From the NCBI GenBank assembly GCA_038247415.1, contig JBBRUX010000008.1:1-64000 (forward strand): 64,000 nucleotides of DNA, written 5' to 3'. How positions within the stretch are numbered: the stretch's first letter is position 1; each line of letters opens with the position of its first letter. Under the pieces are notes generated by a model. That model saw only the letters and a program-made list of their open reading frames with translations. It had not been told where the DNA came from and did no database searches. Both the position numbers and the translations under genes were made by a program. Positions 49,428 to 59,613 of this stretch are shown in pieces. This DNA comes from Chitinivibrionales bacterium. Its GTDB lineage: Bacteria; Fibrobacterota; Chitinivibrionia; Chitinivibrionales; WJKA01.

Positions 49428-50618
49428 CTAGCCTTGGGTTGATTGGGCTATTTGTGTACTGCTATATACATTGTTTACAGATTGAACAATTCTATCCCAT
49501 GAGAAATAATCGTGTGCGTGAGCAAATCCGGCCTCTGCTAACGATTGTGCCTCCAGTGGAGCATTAAATGTCGTGCATATCGCCAATGCAAGCGCCACCG
49601 GATCTTTTTGAGGGATCAAAAGCCCTGTTTTATTATGGGTGATAACATCAGGAATCCCGCCAACATTGGTTCCAATCACGGGCTTCTTATACGACAATGC
49701 CTCCAAAAGAACAACGCCCAACCCCTCTGTGTCGCCTTTGTGATCGATAATTGCCGGGAGTACAAAAACTTCGCATCGTGCAAAGAGATCTCTGAGTGTT
49801 TCGTCTGGAATTTTGCCAGGCAGGAAAACACTTCTACTTAAAGAAAGTTTTTCGGCCAAAGATTTGAGCTCTGGAACAAGCGGTCCGCCACCAGCAATGG
49901 TGAGGGTTGCATCGGGATACTCTGCCAGAACAGTAGGCATACAAGCAATAAGATATTCGAAACCCTTACGTTCAACAACACGTCCAACACTCAGAATTGC
50001 ATGGGGCGTGGTGGGTCTGGTTTCTGGATTGGGGGGTATGGTAGAACCATAGGGAATAATGGTAATTGTTCTTTCGTATAAGGCCCGTACTTTACTACCA
50101 GTAAATTCTGATATTGCTATAACACCATTGGCATTTTTAATAAACTGCTTTAAAAACAATGCAACAAACGGAAACTTGTTGACAAGAAGAAGCTCTGCGC
50201 CATAAAACGTGAGAACAACTTTTGTAGGCGCGCAGTGGCGCGCAACTTCCGAAAAAATGCCATGCGGAAACGACCAGTGTACATGGAGAATATCGAATCG
50301 CTTGCGCAGATGCAACCACGATAGCCCCATGGTTCCGGCGGCAATATAAAAGAGCGTAATGATTTTATAATGCAGTTTATGAATCTTGTTGGGGGCCCCT
50401 TCGTCGTGGGTTAATGTTTCCCAGGGGGCTAAAAAATACCTAAATCGTTGTACTGGTATCCCATCGATGGCATGCGTTGCAAGTCCTCGAAAAGAAGGGA
50501 CAAAAAGGGTAATGTCGTGGCCGCTTGCAGCCAGTTTATTGACAAGAATGCGTAACCAAGGAACTTCGTAGTCTTTGTGGTTGCGTGCGTAAACAGATCC
50601 GATAAAGCAAATTTTCAT
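49428..50618 (-). CDS. GT4 glycosyltransferase
   Basis: VGRVVERKG, EGLGVVLLEA, VGGIPD. Confidence 0.92.
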   Translation of the reverse strand: MKICFIGSVYARNHKDYEVPWLRILVNKLAASGHDITLFVPSFRGLATHAIDGIPVQRFRYFLAPWETLTHDEGAPNKIHKLHYKIITLFYIAAGTMGLSWLHLRKRFDILHVHWSFPHGIFSEVARHCAPTKVVLTFYGAELLLVNKFPFVALFLKQFIKNANGVIAISEFTGSKVRALYERTITIIPYGSTIPPNPETRPTTPHAILSVGRVVERKGFEYLIACMPTVLAEYPDATLTIAGGGPLVPELKSLAEKLSLSRSVFLPGKIPDETLRDLFARCEVFVLPAIIDHKGDTEGLGVVLLEALSYKKPVIGTNVGGIPDVITHNKTGLLIPQKDPVALALAICTTFNAPLEAQSLAEAGFAHAHDYFSWDRIVQSVNNVYSSTQIAQSTQG

Positions 50619-50630
50619 GGCGTAGGGTAA

Positions 50631-51557
50631 CTAGTCTATGGTTTCACGGATAGTATACGTTTTTTTAGGAGATGAATGTGTGATCATTTCTCCAACAAGC
50701 CCTATTGATATAAACTGTATGCCCATTATGATAGATCCCATGGATAAAAGTACCAGCGGACGAATATGCATACTGCCACTTCTGATCCAGTCTATGCCGA
50801 AATAGGACAAAACCGCACACCCTAAAAAGCCAAAGAGAAGCCCAATCGTTCCAAAAAAATGGAGCGGGTTCTTCATGTATTTACGCAAGAAGACGATCGT
50901 GAGTAAATCGAATGGTCCATTGAGAAAACGATTAAGCCCAAATTTTGTTACCCCATATTTGCGCTGGTGATGCGTTACAACAATTTCCGTTACCCGATAG
51001 CCATTCCAGTGGGCAAGAGCTGGCAAGTAGCGATGGCGTTCGCCATAAATCTCCAGCGATTTAGCAGCCTCTGCGCGGTACATTTTAAAACCACAGTTGA
51101 AATCGTGAAGCTTGACACCAGAGATCATGGAGGTGAACCAATTAAAAAATTTGGAAGGGATGTTTTTAGAAAAGACAGGATCGAAGCGTTTCTTTTTCCA
51201 GCCCGATACTACATCATAGCTTTCTTCGATTTTTTTAAGCATATCGGGTATGGCTGTAGGATCGTCTTGTAAATCGGAGTCCATCGTGACAATGATATCA
51301 CCCGTGGCTGCATCGATACCTGCAGCGAGCGCAGCAGATTTTCCGAAGTTGCGGCTGAATCTGATTGCTTTGACATGGGTGGGAGCGTCTTTAGCAAGCA
51401 TCTTGATTTGATCGTATGATCCATCGGTTGAGCCATCATCAATAAATATAACCTCGTAGGTTAAGTCTCTGGTGTCAAGAACAGCCGCAATGCCGCGAAG
51501 AAGCTCGGCCAGACTTTCACGCTCGTTATACAAGGGAATGACAAGGGATATTTTCAT
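50631..51557 (-). CDS. GT2 polyprenol-phosphate glycosyltransferase (ArnC/DPM-like)
   Basis: IDDGSTD, RNFGKSAA, MDSDLQDDP, two C-terminal TM helices. Confidence 0.92.
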   Translation of the reverse strand: MKISLVIPLYNERESLAELLRGIAAVLDTRDLTYEVIFIDDGSTDGSYDQIKMLAKDAPTHVKAIRFSRNFGKSAALAAGIDAATGDIIVTMDSDLQDDPTAIPDMLKKIEESYDVVSGWKKKRFDPVFSKNIPSKFFNWFTSMISGVKLHDFNCGFKMYRAEAAKSLEIYGERHRYLPALAHWNGYRVTEIVVTHHQRKYGVTKFGLNRFLNGPFDLLTIVFLRKYMKNPLHFFGTIGLLFGFLGCAVLSYFGIDWIRSGSMHIRPLVLLSMGSIIMGIQFISIGLVGEMITHSSPKKTYTIRETID

Positions 51558-52558
51558 GGATTATGCGCTTTCGTTACGATATCGGGTGAAAGAGGATTCT
51601 GTGATTTTATTTTTCCTGTAATAAAAAATACCCCACCTGCAAGGCTTGCAATAATGCCAACCAGCGACGCGAGAAATTCCATAACTATTGCCCCGTGCGG
51701 AGTAAATCCTGCAAGTGCAAAAAGTCCTCCCCCGAGAGCTTCGCGAACACCAAAGGGTAACGGTACAATCATTAAAATAGCGAGTATTGGAACAAAAATA
51801 AAGAAATATTGAAAATTATGCATCCCCACCAGACCAAGCGACATCCCGCAGAGTATATGTACACCAATTCGTTGGACTTGCACAATGGTTGAAATAAGGC
51901 CAACCAGAACGATAAGACGTAGATTCGTTTTTTCTAGAAGTGCCTGATGCACAATCGCCTTGATTTGCTTATGTCCAGGAAAAGGAATGCTATGGAGGAT
52001 GGGTAAAAAGATCTTTTGCAGCCGTGTTGAAACAAGAAAAAGAAGGAGCCCGGTAAATGCAATAAACGTTACAATAAGCGCTATAATTGCCGTGGTGAGT
52101 GCGCGTCCGTCAACCATGCCTTTGGCGAGCAGCACGCATGAACCAGCCACTGCAAAACCCATCATGGCCCACAGGCCAGCAAACCGATCGAGAAACGTTG
52201 CGGCGATGCTTTTAGTTCCGCTGTGGTTATTCATTTTAATGTAAGCGATCCGAACAGCATCTCCGGCTACAAGTCCCAGCATAAAATTATTAAAGAAGGT
52301 TCCTATAAAATAAAGAGAAACAGTTCTACCCCATGGTAAAGTAATGCCCCTGCTAGACAAGAGTATATGCCATTGGATGGCGCCAAGGCCAATGCTTACT
52401 ACAAATAAGCCTATCGCACACCAAATCCAGAAAGGGTTGGCAGCCATAATTGCATGTGAAATGGTAGCAAACCCTAGTCGCTGGACAATAAGCAGGAGAA
52501 CCCCAAGGGTAATGAGGATTTTTAATGATGTTGAAAGTGCTTTGGGCAGTGCCTTCAT
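51554..52558 (-). CDS. Lysylphosphatidylglycerol-synthase TM / flippase-like membrane protein
   Basis: FFNNFM..GDAVR, DRFAG, GVRE; multiple TM helices. Confidence 0.85.
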   Translation of the reverse strand: MKALPKALSTSLKILITLGVLLLIVQRLGFATISHAIMAANPFWIWCAIGLFVVSIGLGAIQWHILLSSRGITLPWGRTVSLYFIGTFFNNFMLGLVAGDAVRIAYIKMNNHSGTKSIAATFLDRFAGLWAMMGFAVAGSCVLLAKGMVDGRALTTAIIALIVTFIAFTGLLLFLVSTRLQKIFLPILHSIPFPGHKQIKAIVHQALLEKTNLRLIVLVGLISTIVQVQRIGVHILCGMSLGLVGMHNFQYFFIFVPILAILMIVPLPFGVREALGGGLFALAGFTPHGAIVMEFLASLVGIIASLAGGVFFITGKIKSQNPLSPDIVTKAHNP

Positions 52559-53700
52559 GGGGTAGTAATTCCTGGTGCACTGTGTGCGGGGAGTGATTGT
52601 GGTGAAAATGCCAGGTTAATTGCTTGGCGCATTTTTTGTGCCGTGGAATCCCATAAAAAGGTAGAACTGTGCGCTTGCGCTTGGCGCTCCATAGTATGTC
52701 TCTGATTTTCGTTTGCCAAGAGAGCAAGAACTGTTTCAACAAAACGTGGCCCATTGTTGCTTGGGTAAAGCATTCCTGTTGTGGTGTCGATAACCGAATC
52801 GCGAAGCCCTGCAACATTTGCAGAAACAGAAATGGTGCCACACATGTTAGCTTCTATATTGGTAATTCCCCAGCCTTCTTTAAGTGAAGGGTTGAGAAAA
52901 AGAGTTGCGCGGCTGTAAAGATTTCTTTTTTCTTCTTCGGTAACAAAACCGGCAAAAGAAACCGAATCGGTTAATGTAAGGCTGCACACAAGGCTTTGTA
53001 GGGTTTCTTTGTAGGGGCCATTTCCTGCAATTATAAGTTTTGCGTCTGGATGTACTGCAAGAATAGGCTTAAAATTGCTAATAAGAAACTGGACGTTTTT
53101 GTATTTCTGTAAACGAGTGATGCAAAAAAGCAAAGGTGTAGGATCTTTAGGGCAGAAAGGTTTAAAAAACTCTCCATCGATCCCGGGTTCAACGGTAATG
53201 GTTTTAATGGGACCTTTTGCAAAACGATTGATCTCGCTTGTTGTACTGTTGGAAATTCCCAGAAAATATTCTCTTTTATAAACAAAGCGGACAAGAGATT
53301 CGAGAATAAATACATAGAGCGCCATTGGAAAGAATGCTTCTTGGAAAATTGCCGTTCCAAAAAAATGCATTACCATGTGCATGCGAGGCTTCTTACTATA
53401 CAGTGGCGTAAAGAAGGGAAGCTTGTTGATGTCTTCGATAATAAGGTCGTATTCGGATTGATGCTTTAAAAGATATCCGATTACCGAATAATTGAAGAGA
53501 AACTCATTGCCAATGCGAATGGTTACAATGTCATCGGAAATTTCGTGCGGGGAACAGCCCTTAAATGCATGCGAGAGCACGGTTACTGCATAGGTTTTCG
53601 ATTGAGCGAGGCGTTTAAAGATTTCGTAATAATACACCTCTGCTCCCCCTGCTCGAGGGTTTTTTATATCACGCCAATTAATAATAATAATTTTTTTCAT
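52555..53700 (-). CDS. GT4 glycosyltransferase
   Basis: NWRDIKNPRAGGAE, EGWGITNIEA, GLRDSV. Confidence 0.92.
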   Translation of the reverse strand: MKKIIIINWRDIKNPRAGGAEVYYYEIFKRLAQSKTYAVTVLSHAFKGCSPHEISDDIVTIRIGNEFLFNYSVIGYLLKHQSEYDLIIEDINKLPFFTPLYSKKPRMHMVMHFFGTAIFQEAFFPMALYVFILESLVRFVYKREYFLGISNSTTSEINRFAKGPIKTITVEPGIDGEFFKPFCPKDPTPLLFCITRLQKYKNVQFLISNFKPILAVHPDAKLIIAGNGPYKETLQSLVCSLTLTDSVSFAGFVTEEEKRNLYSRATLFLNPSLKEGWGITNIEANMCGTISVSANVAGLRDSVIDTTTGMLYPSNNGPRFVETVLALLANENQRHTMERQAQAHSSTFLWDSTAQKMRQAINLAFSPQSLPAHSAPGITTP

Positions 53701-53757
53701 GATGCTTTTTTAAGGTGCGTTTATGAAGAACCTGCGCCACAGGTACATATTCTTTAA

Positions 53758-54483
53758 CTAAAAAGGTTGCCCGCTTCTTCTTCTAATGTAAATTTCATCA
53801 ATTGATGCATGGTCAGACAGTGAAAGCAAATACGTTACGGTTTGAGCAATATCCTCTGGCTTAAGTAAAATCGATCGGTCGAGATCGGGTCGTGCTGATG
53901 CTACCATATCGGTATCAACGCCGCCGGGCAGAATTGCTGAAACACGAATGCCACAAGGTGCAGCTTCCACGGCAAGGGATTTTGTTAACCCCATGACACC
54001 ATGTTTACTTGCGGTATATGCTGCCTGATTTGGATATCCTTTAATGCCTACCACACTTGCAATATTTATAATATATCCAGATTTTGCAAGGGTCATAATT
54101 TTTAACGCTTCGCGACAACAGAGAAATGTTCCGCGAAGATTGGTGTTAACTACGGTATCAAAATCCGATGATGCAAAAGTTTGAAGCGGGCCATAAACAC
54201 CAACTCCGGCATTATTGATACACACATCGAGCCGCCCATGATACTTTGCAATATGTGCAAAGAGGGCAATGATAGAATCTTCTTTTTGAATATCTGCGGC
54301 AAAAGCTGTAGCTTCGAGTTCATTTTCGTGCAAGGTTTCTATAAGTTTGGCGAGTGCTGGTTTGCTGCGCCCCGTGCAGATAACATGCATCCCAGAAGCT
54401 GCAAGTGCGTATGCAATGGCTTTACCAATACCACGCGTTGCGCCGGTTACGAGTGCGACTTTTTGTGGGACATTTTTTTTCAT
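53758..54483 (-). CDS. Short-chain dehydrogenase/reductase
   Basis: TGATRGIG, NNAG, YTASK. Confidence 0.93.
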   Translation of the reverse strand: MKKNVPQKVALVTGATRGIGKAIAYALAASGMHVICTGRSKPALAKLIETLHENELEATAFAADIQKEDSIIALFAHIAKYHGRLDVCINNAGVGVYGPLQTFASSDFDTVVNTNLRGTFLCCREALKIMTLAKSGYIINIASVVGIKGYPNQAAYTASKHGVMGLTKSLAVEAAPCGIRVSAILPGGVDTDMVASARPDLDRSILLKPEDIAQTVTYLLSLSDHASIDEIYIRRRSGQPF

Positions 54484-54502
54484 GGTAAACCTCTATCAAA
54501 AG

Positions 54503-56164
54503 TTATTTTTTGAGTAATTCGGTAGCATGTTTTCGTGCCGTGAGAGAATCTCCGCCCAGCATACGGCTTATTTCATCGATGCGACCCTGGTGATTAAGCT
54601 CCACAACGCGCGTTACGGTACGTTTGTCGAGGGTTTCTTTGTAAACAGTATAATGAGTGTCTGCAACGCTTGCAATCTGATGTAAATGAGAAATGCAAAG
54701 GACCTGATGCGAAATAGAAAGCTCTTTCATAGCCACAGCTACTTCATGGGCTATGAGCCCGCCTATACCTGTGTCAATTTCATCAAAAATCATGATATGC
54801 ACAGGATTACTGCCTTTGAGAGCAGTTTTTATGGCGAGCATAATGCGCGATATTTCCCCACCCGATGCAGTTTTAACCAGAGGAAGAAATTCTTCGCCTG
54901 CGTTTGTTCGAACCAGAAAGGAGCACTCATCGAGCCCTGTTGGCGAAATATTCGCATAGGGCGTAAAGAGAGTCTTGAGTGCACCGGCAGTAAAACCAAG
55001 GCGATTCATCTCTGTTGTTACTGCACTATCAAATCCCTGTGCTGCTTTAGCCCGTGCAACGCGTAGTTTTTCTCCGTGTTTTAAGCAGTCTGCATGCATC
55101 CGTTCAAACTTTTTTTCGAGTTCTGCTTTGTCGGACTCGGTGTTTTCTAAGAGAGAAAGTTCCTGTATGCGATCTTTGCAAAGGGCAATAAGACCTTCCT
55201 CGGAGGTTTGGTACTTTTTCTTGAACCGCTGGATTTTTGCAAGACGGCTATTAATAGTTTCGATACGTGTTGGGTCTGCGTCGGCGGCAATAGTATCGAG
55301 ATAGGAGCCACAAAAAGTTTCCAGCTCGTCGATGGTTGTAATCGCTATTTCTAGTTCGCTTATCCAAGAGGTTAGGGTCGTATCGTGACGCGAAAGGAGC
55401 TCGATCTTTTTGCGAATTTTTACAAGTGTTTCTGATATCGGGAGAGAATCGTCGCTCAGAATGGTGCTTATCGCGCTCACCGCTTCTATTCGTTCGGTTG
55501 ATGCAGTAACTTTGTTGAGCTCGGCTAAGAGGCGTTCTTCTTCGCCGAGTGTAACATGCAGAGCCTCGAGTTCCTGTTTCTGAAAAGTAAGTATGTCTTT
55601 ACGTGATGCAATATCTAAAGCCTGTGCATTGAATGCGGCAAGATCGGTTTGTGCTGCATGATACGCTGCAAAGGCTTCATCAAAAATTGTTTTGACAGAA
55701 GCTACACTTTCGAGCGAGTCGATGGTGTGTTGGGCTGTTTCGGGTAATAAAAGCGATTGATGTTCGTGTTGCCCATGAAAATCTATGAGAAGATCGCCTA
55801 TTTTTTTGAGTGCGGCTAGCGGAAGCGGAACTTGGTTGACTAAAATCCGATTTTTCCCATTGAGTGCTAAAATGCGCCGAATAATGAGGGTGTCGTCTTC
55901 GCAGGAAATGCCTTGTTCTAAAAGTTGGTCGACCAATGATTGTGGCCCGTTATTAATAGAAAAAACGCCATTGACTTCTGCCTCGTTGCAACCCGACCGA
56001 ATCATTTCGTTGCTTGCGCGTTCACCAAGCAGTAAACCGATTGCCCCAATGAGAATAGACTTTCCGCTTCCCGTTTCGCCGGTGAAGACCGAAAATCCAC
56101 GATGAATAGTAAGAGAACAATCATCGATGAGAGCTAGGTTTTTAATACGAAGTTCACGAATCAT
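54503..56164 (-). CDS. recN: DNA repair protein RecN
   Basis: TGETGSGKS, HGQHEHQ, SGGEISR, FDEIDTG. Confidence 0.96.
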   Translation of the reverse strand: MIRELRIKNLALIDDCSLTIHRGFSVFTGETGSGKSILIGAIGLLLGERASNEMIRSGCNEAEVNGVFSINNGPQSLVDQLLEQGISCEDDTLIIRRILALNGKNRILVNQVPLPLAALKKIGDLLIDFHGQHEHQSLLLPETAQHTIDSLESVASVKTIFDEAFAAYHAAQTDLAAFNAQALDIASRKDILTFQKQELEALHVTLGEEERLLAELNKVTASTERIEAVSAISTILSDDSLPISETLVKIRKKIELLSRHDTTLTSWISELEIAITTIDELETFCGSYLDTIAADADPTRIETINSRLAKIQRFKKKYQTSEEGLIALCKDRIQELSLLENTESDKAELEKKFERMHADCLKHGEKLRVARAKAAQGFDSAVTTEMNRLGFTAGALKTLFTPYANISPTGLDECSFLVRTNAGEEFLPLVKTASGGEISRIMLAIKTALKGSNPVHIMIFDEIDTGIGGLIAHEVAVAMKELSISHQVLCISHLHQIASVADTHYTVYKETLDKRTVTRVVELNHQGRIDEISRMLGGDSLTARKHATELLKK

Positions 56165-57071
56165 GGTTTACCGTCGAATGTTTTTTGTAGTTTTGTCCCC
56201 ATTGTAATTTACTGCGCAGTAAATCGAAGTAGGTTCGGCCCGATAACGCAATCGTACGCGTAGTTTTTTTTGCCCTGGTAATACTAATTTCGTCGCCAGC
56301 TAAAAGCTGTAACGATACAAGTCCATCTGCCGAAAAGAGCATGGTACTATCGGTTGGATTTGCGACAAGGGTGAGCGTATGGTGTGCCGATACTACCATG
56401 GGCCGTTGCGTGAGAGAATGGGGGCACAAGGGTGTTATCAGAAATGCATTGACATCGGGATGAATAAGCGGTCCACCCGCAGCAAGTGAATACGCCGTAG
56501 ACCCACATGGCGTTGCTACAATAACCCCGTCGCCAACAAAATCGGTAATGAGCTGATTGTTGCTAAAAGCTCCAATGGAAATAAGCTTAGGTTTATCAAA
56601 ACGATTGATGTACACATCGTTAAATGCAGTAAAGCTTCCGAGTGTTATTGAATTCCTACGCAGGGTAGCACACAGCGCCATCCCATTTACAATGGTTAAT
56701 GGGCTAGAAACAAGGGTAGTAAGCGAAGCTTCGAGGTCATTGGCCCCTATATCGGTGAGATACCCCAATCCACCTAGGTTAATGCCAATAACCGGAATAC
56801 TGCGTGCATATGCAATATGTAAAGCAGATAGAAAAGTTCCATCTCCCCCAAGGGAAATAAGAATATCGATGTTTTTTGTAAATTCTTTTTCGGAAGGTGC
56901 TATGGAAATGGCGGAGCGTTTTGAGATGCTTGGCGCTAAAAGCGGATGTGCAATAATAGCATTATAGTGATTCTTTTTCTTCCAGACTGCAATACGCTCT
57001 AGTACCGCAACAGCATCAGCTGAGTGCTTAAAGGCAACAATTCCAAGAGTGGGGGATTGTACCGAATTCAT
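56154..57071 (-). CDS. nadK: NAD kinase
   Basis: GGDGT, GDGVIVATPCGSTAYSLAAGG. Confidence 0.94.
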   Translation of the reverse strand: MNSVQSPTLGIVAFKHSADAVAVLERIAVWKKKNHYNAIIAHPLLAPSISKRSAISIAPSEKEFTKNIDILISLGGDGTFLSALHIAYARSIPVIGINLGGLGYLTDIGANDLEASLTTLVSSPLTIVNGMALCATLRRNSITLGSFTAFNDVYINRFDKPKLISIGAFSNNQLITDFVGDGVIVATPCGSTAYSLAAGGPLIHPDVNAFLITPLCPHSLTQRPMVVSAHHTLTLVANPTDSTMLFSADGLVSLQLLAGDEISITRAKKTTRTIALSGRTYFDLLRSKLQWGQNYKKHSTVNHDS

Positions 57072-57121
57072 AAAAAATACACGTTCGTTATTGTTAGTAA
57101 AGGGCCATATTCGTTATTGTG

Positions 57122-58501
57122 CTACAAAAGCTGTTGTTGATTATTTTTAACATTGCGATATTCACACAGTGCAAAAAGCGTATCGAAAAACCCTGGATAC
57201 CGTGCCTGTATCGAAGTCCCTTCGCATTTGGTTTTTCCCAGGCATTTCATGCCTCCCAATGCGCATGCTGCATTAATACCGGCTCCATAATCGGGCGCAA
57301 TATCGTAGCCATCGTATTGACGGCTGCCTTCAAGCACAATCCCATCGGGCATTTCGCCATGATGCGTTTCGATTTCTTGAAGGCATGCAACAAGAGCCGA
57401 AAGGCGATCGGGGGTTTCGGTGCGAAAAAGAGAGCATTCACGAAAAACACTTTGCCCTTGTGAAAAGGCAGCGATAATGGTCATTGCAGGCAATTGCGAT
57501 TTGAAATGTAAAAGCGGCGAACATGACGTCTTACGTCCCGTAAGAGTAAACGATTGCATTTGCACCATGCCACAGGATCCAAATGACGTTGCATGAGTTT
57601 CTTGCAATCCTGGTCTGCAGCCCATTTTTCTTACAAAGTCGAGGGTTGCCATAAGGTTCGATTCAAGCGGTGCATTGTTTATGACAAGACTTCCTCGGGG
57701 AATGAGCGATTTAGCGCATACGAGCAGGGATAATAAAACTTCATCTCCAGGAATTGTTAGTGCTGCTGGAGCACGCGGAATTAATGGCTGCGAAAAATCT
57801 CCGTTTACAAGAAATGAGGGGCCATCGGAAATCTTTTTCTTTTTTTGCATAAGCCGAATGCGCCGCTCGAGAGGGTCGTTGATTTCTGGTTTGTTAAGAC
57901 TTTTTACACTAAAGGGATAGGAGAATGCCTCAAAGAGCGAACGGATTGGTGTTACAAAGGAAAAATCGATGGTAGAAGAAATAATTTTTTGTAATCCAAA
58001 GCTTAAGGCAAGGCAATGCGGAAGTGTTTCGGGTGTACAGTCTTCTTGAGGAAATGTAAAGCCATCAGATGCATCGAGTCTGATGGTAGTAGCATTATTG
58101 GATGAAGAAAAAGTGAGCGTACAGGCAACGAGTGCTGCAATCGATTGCAAAAAAACTTGCTTTGGAGCACTAAGCTCGCGCGTTGTGACGCGTAAATGTG
58201 CGCCAACACACATGAGAATCATTAGGTCATGATACGCATTCTCGGTATCGGTAAGGAGTATATCCTGATCCTGTGTCGTGTGCGGTCGAACAACACAGAG
58301 CGCTTCTGCAGATTCGTAGGTAGCGTTAGGTGCGGTATCGGAAAAAAATTTACTCATGACATCTGAATGTGGAATTGGTCCAATTGACCCAGTGCGACCT
58401 GATGCAATAAGTGCCGTTGCAGAAAGCAAAAACAGGTCGGTGGAAGGAGGAAGCTCGAAGGTTCCCTGAATGTCTACTACTGCGTGCGTTTCCAAAACCA
58501 T
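57122..58501 (-). CDS. Highly divergent EPSP-synthase (AroA)-fold protein
   Basis: IPGD, AAFSQGQSVFR, PDRL, PDGIVLEG, YPGFF; located after tyrA; canonical catalytic motifs are absent. Confidence 0.7.
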   Translation of the reverse strand: MVLETHAVVDIQGTFELPPSTDLFLLSATALIASGRTGSIGPIPHSDVMSKFFSDTAPNATYESAEALCVVRPHTTQDQDILLTDTENAYHDLMILMCVGAHLRVTTRELSAPKQVFLQSIAALVACTLTFSSSNNATTIRLDASDGFTFPQEDCTPETLPHCLALSFGLQKIISSTIDFSFVTPIRSLFEAFSYPFSVKSLNKPEINDPLERRIRLMQKKKKISDGPSFLVNGDFSQPLIPRAPAALTIPGDEVLLSLLVCAKSLIPRGSLVINNAPLESNLMATLDFVRKMGCRPGLQETHATSFGSCGMVQMQSFTLTGRKTSCSPLLHFKSQLPAMTIIAAFSQGQSVFRECSLFRTETPDRLSALVACLQEIETHHGEMPDGIVLEGSRQYDGYDIAPDYGAGINAACALGGMKCLGKTKCEGTSIQARYPGFFDTLFALCEYRNVKNNQQQLL

Positions 58502-59610
58502 TATTCGCGCTCCCGTGCTTTAAATCCATGTGTTTCAAGAATGCCGATAGCAGCCAGAGCAGCTTCGTGAGAGGAAAACCCGAGGCGTATCGTTCCGCCT
58601 TCACCTTCTCGAACTTTCATAATTTCGATATCGTTAATATTAATGCTTGCTTGAGCGCAGAGCGTTGTTATGGTGGCTAATACGCCAACATGATCTTTAG
58701 CAAGGCAGACAATTTCGTGAAGGGGCGCTAAAAATCCTTTGCCACCGGGCTTAATTGAGCTGCGTGTTTCTTGTGCCGCTTCAAACGGTGCTTGCAGCGT
58801 GCTTTTGATAAGACTGTTTTTAAGTTCGAGCACATCGCTGCAATAGGTATCCAAAACCTCAATGATAGGGCCTTTGTTAGATTCGAGAATGTCGTGCCAC
58901 ATTGGATAGGGTGCAGCCGCAATGCGCGTCATATCACGAAATCCCCCGGCAGCAAGCGATAATGTTTTGCCATTGCGCGCATCGTATGCCTGGGCAAGAT
59001 TGACTAACGCTACTGCGAGCAGATGGGGAACATGACTTATGGTAGCGGCAATAGTGTCGTGCGTGTGTGCATCTATAAAGAGTGTTCGACAGCCGAGGTG
59101 TTTTTTAAGAAATGCAGCGCATGCTTCTTCAAGTTCTGATGCTTTTGAATACGCCGACACAAGCGCATACAGGGCATTTTGAAAAAGGTACGGATCGGCA
59201 GCATTGGCTCCCGATTTTTCGGAGCCAGCCATGGGGTGCCCGCCGATAAAATGAACATGGCTCGGAAGGAATTCTTTGGCTGCATCACAAATTTCTTTTT
59301 TAGTGGAGCCTATATCGGTTATAACAAGGCCAGCAGGCAGCGTAAGCGTTCCAAGTGTGCGCAATTGCTTGATAATTGCGGAAATGGGCGAGCAAAGAAT
59401 AAGTAGATCTGCGGTTGCAATTGTTTCCTGCAATGCAACGTAAGGGCGTGCTTCATCGACGCAGCCGAGCGCAAGAGCATCGCAACGATTGCGCTCAGAT
59501 GAGAGGCCTATGATACGGCCTGTAAATTCGCTGGTTTTAAGAGCCATGCCTAGGGATCCACCTAAAAGGCCAACGCTGTAGAGAACGATAGTGCGCGGTT
59601 GCCACATCAT
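58501..59610 (-). CDS. tyrA: Prephenate dehydrogenase with C-terminal ACT domain
   Basis: GLLGGS, TDIGSTK, GGHPMAGSE, SHVPH, GFRDMTRIA. Confidence 0.93.
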   Translation of the reverse strand: MMWQPRTIVLYSVGLLGGSLGMALKTSEFTGRIIGLSSERNRCDALALGCVDEARPYVALQETIATADLLILCSPISAIIKQLRTLGTLTLPAGLVITDIGSTKKEICDAAKEFLPSHVHFIGGHPMAGSEKSGANAADPYLFQNALYALVSAYSKASELEEACAAFLKKHLGCRTLFIDAHTHDTIAATISHVPHLLAVALVNLAQAYDARNGKTLSLAAGGFRDMTRIAAAPYPMWHDILESNKGPIIEVLDTYCSDVLELKNSLIKSTLQAPFEAAQETRSSIKPGGKGFLAPLHEIVCLAKDHVGVLATITTLCAQASININDIEIMKVREGEGGTIRLGFSSHEAALAAIGILETHGFKARERE

Positions 59611-59613
59611 GGT

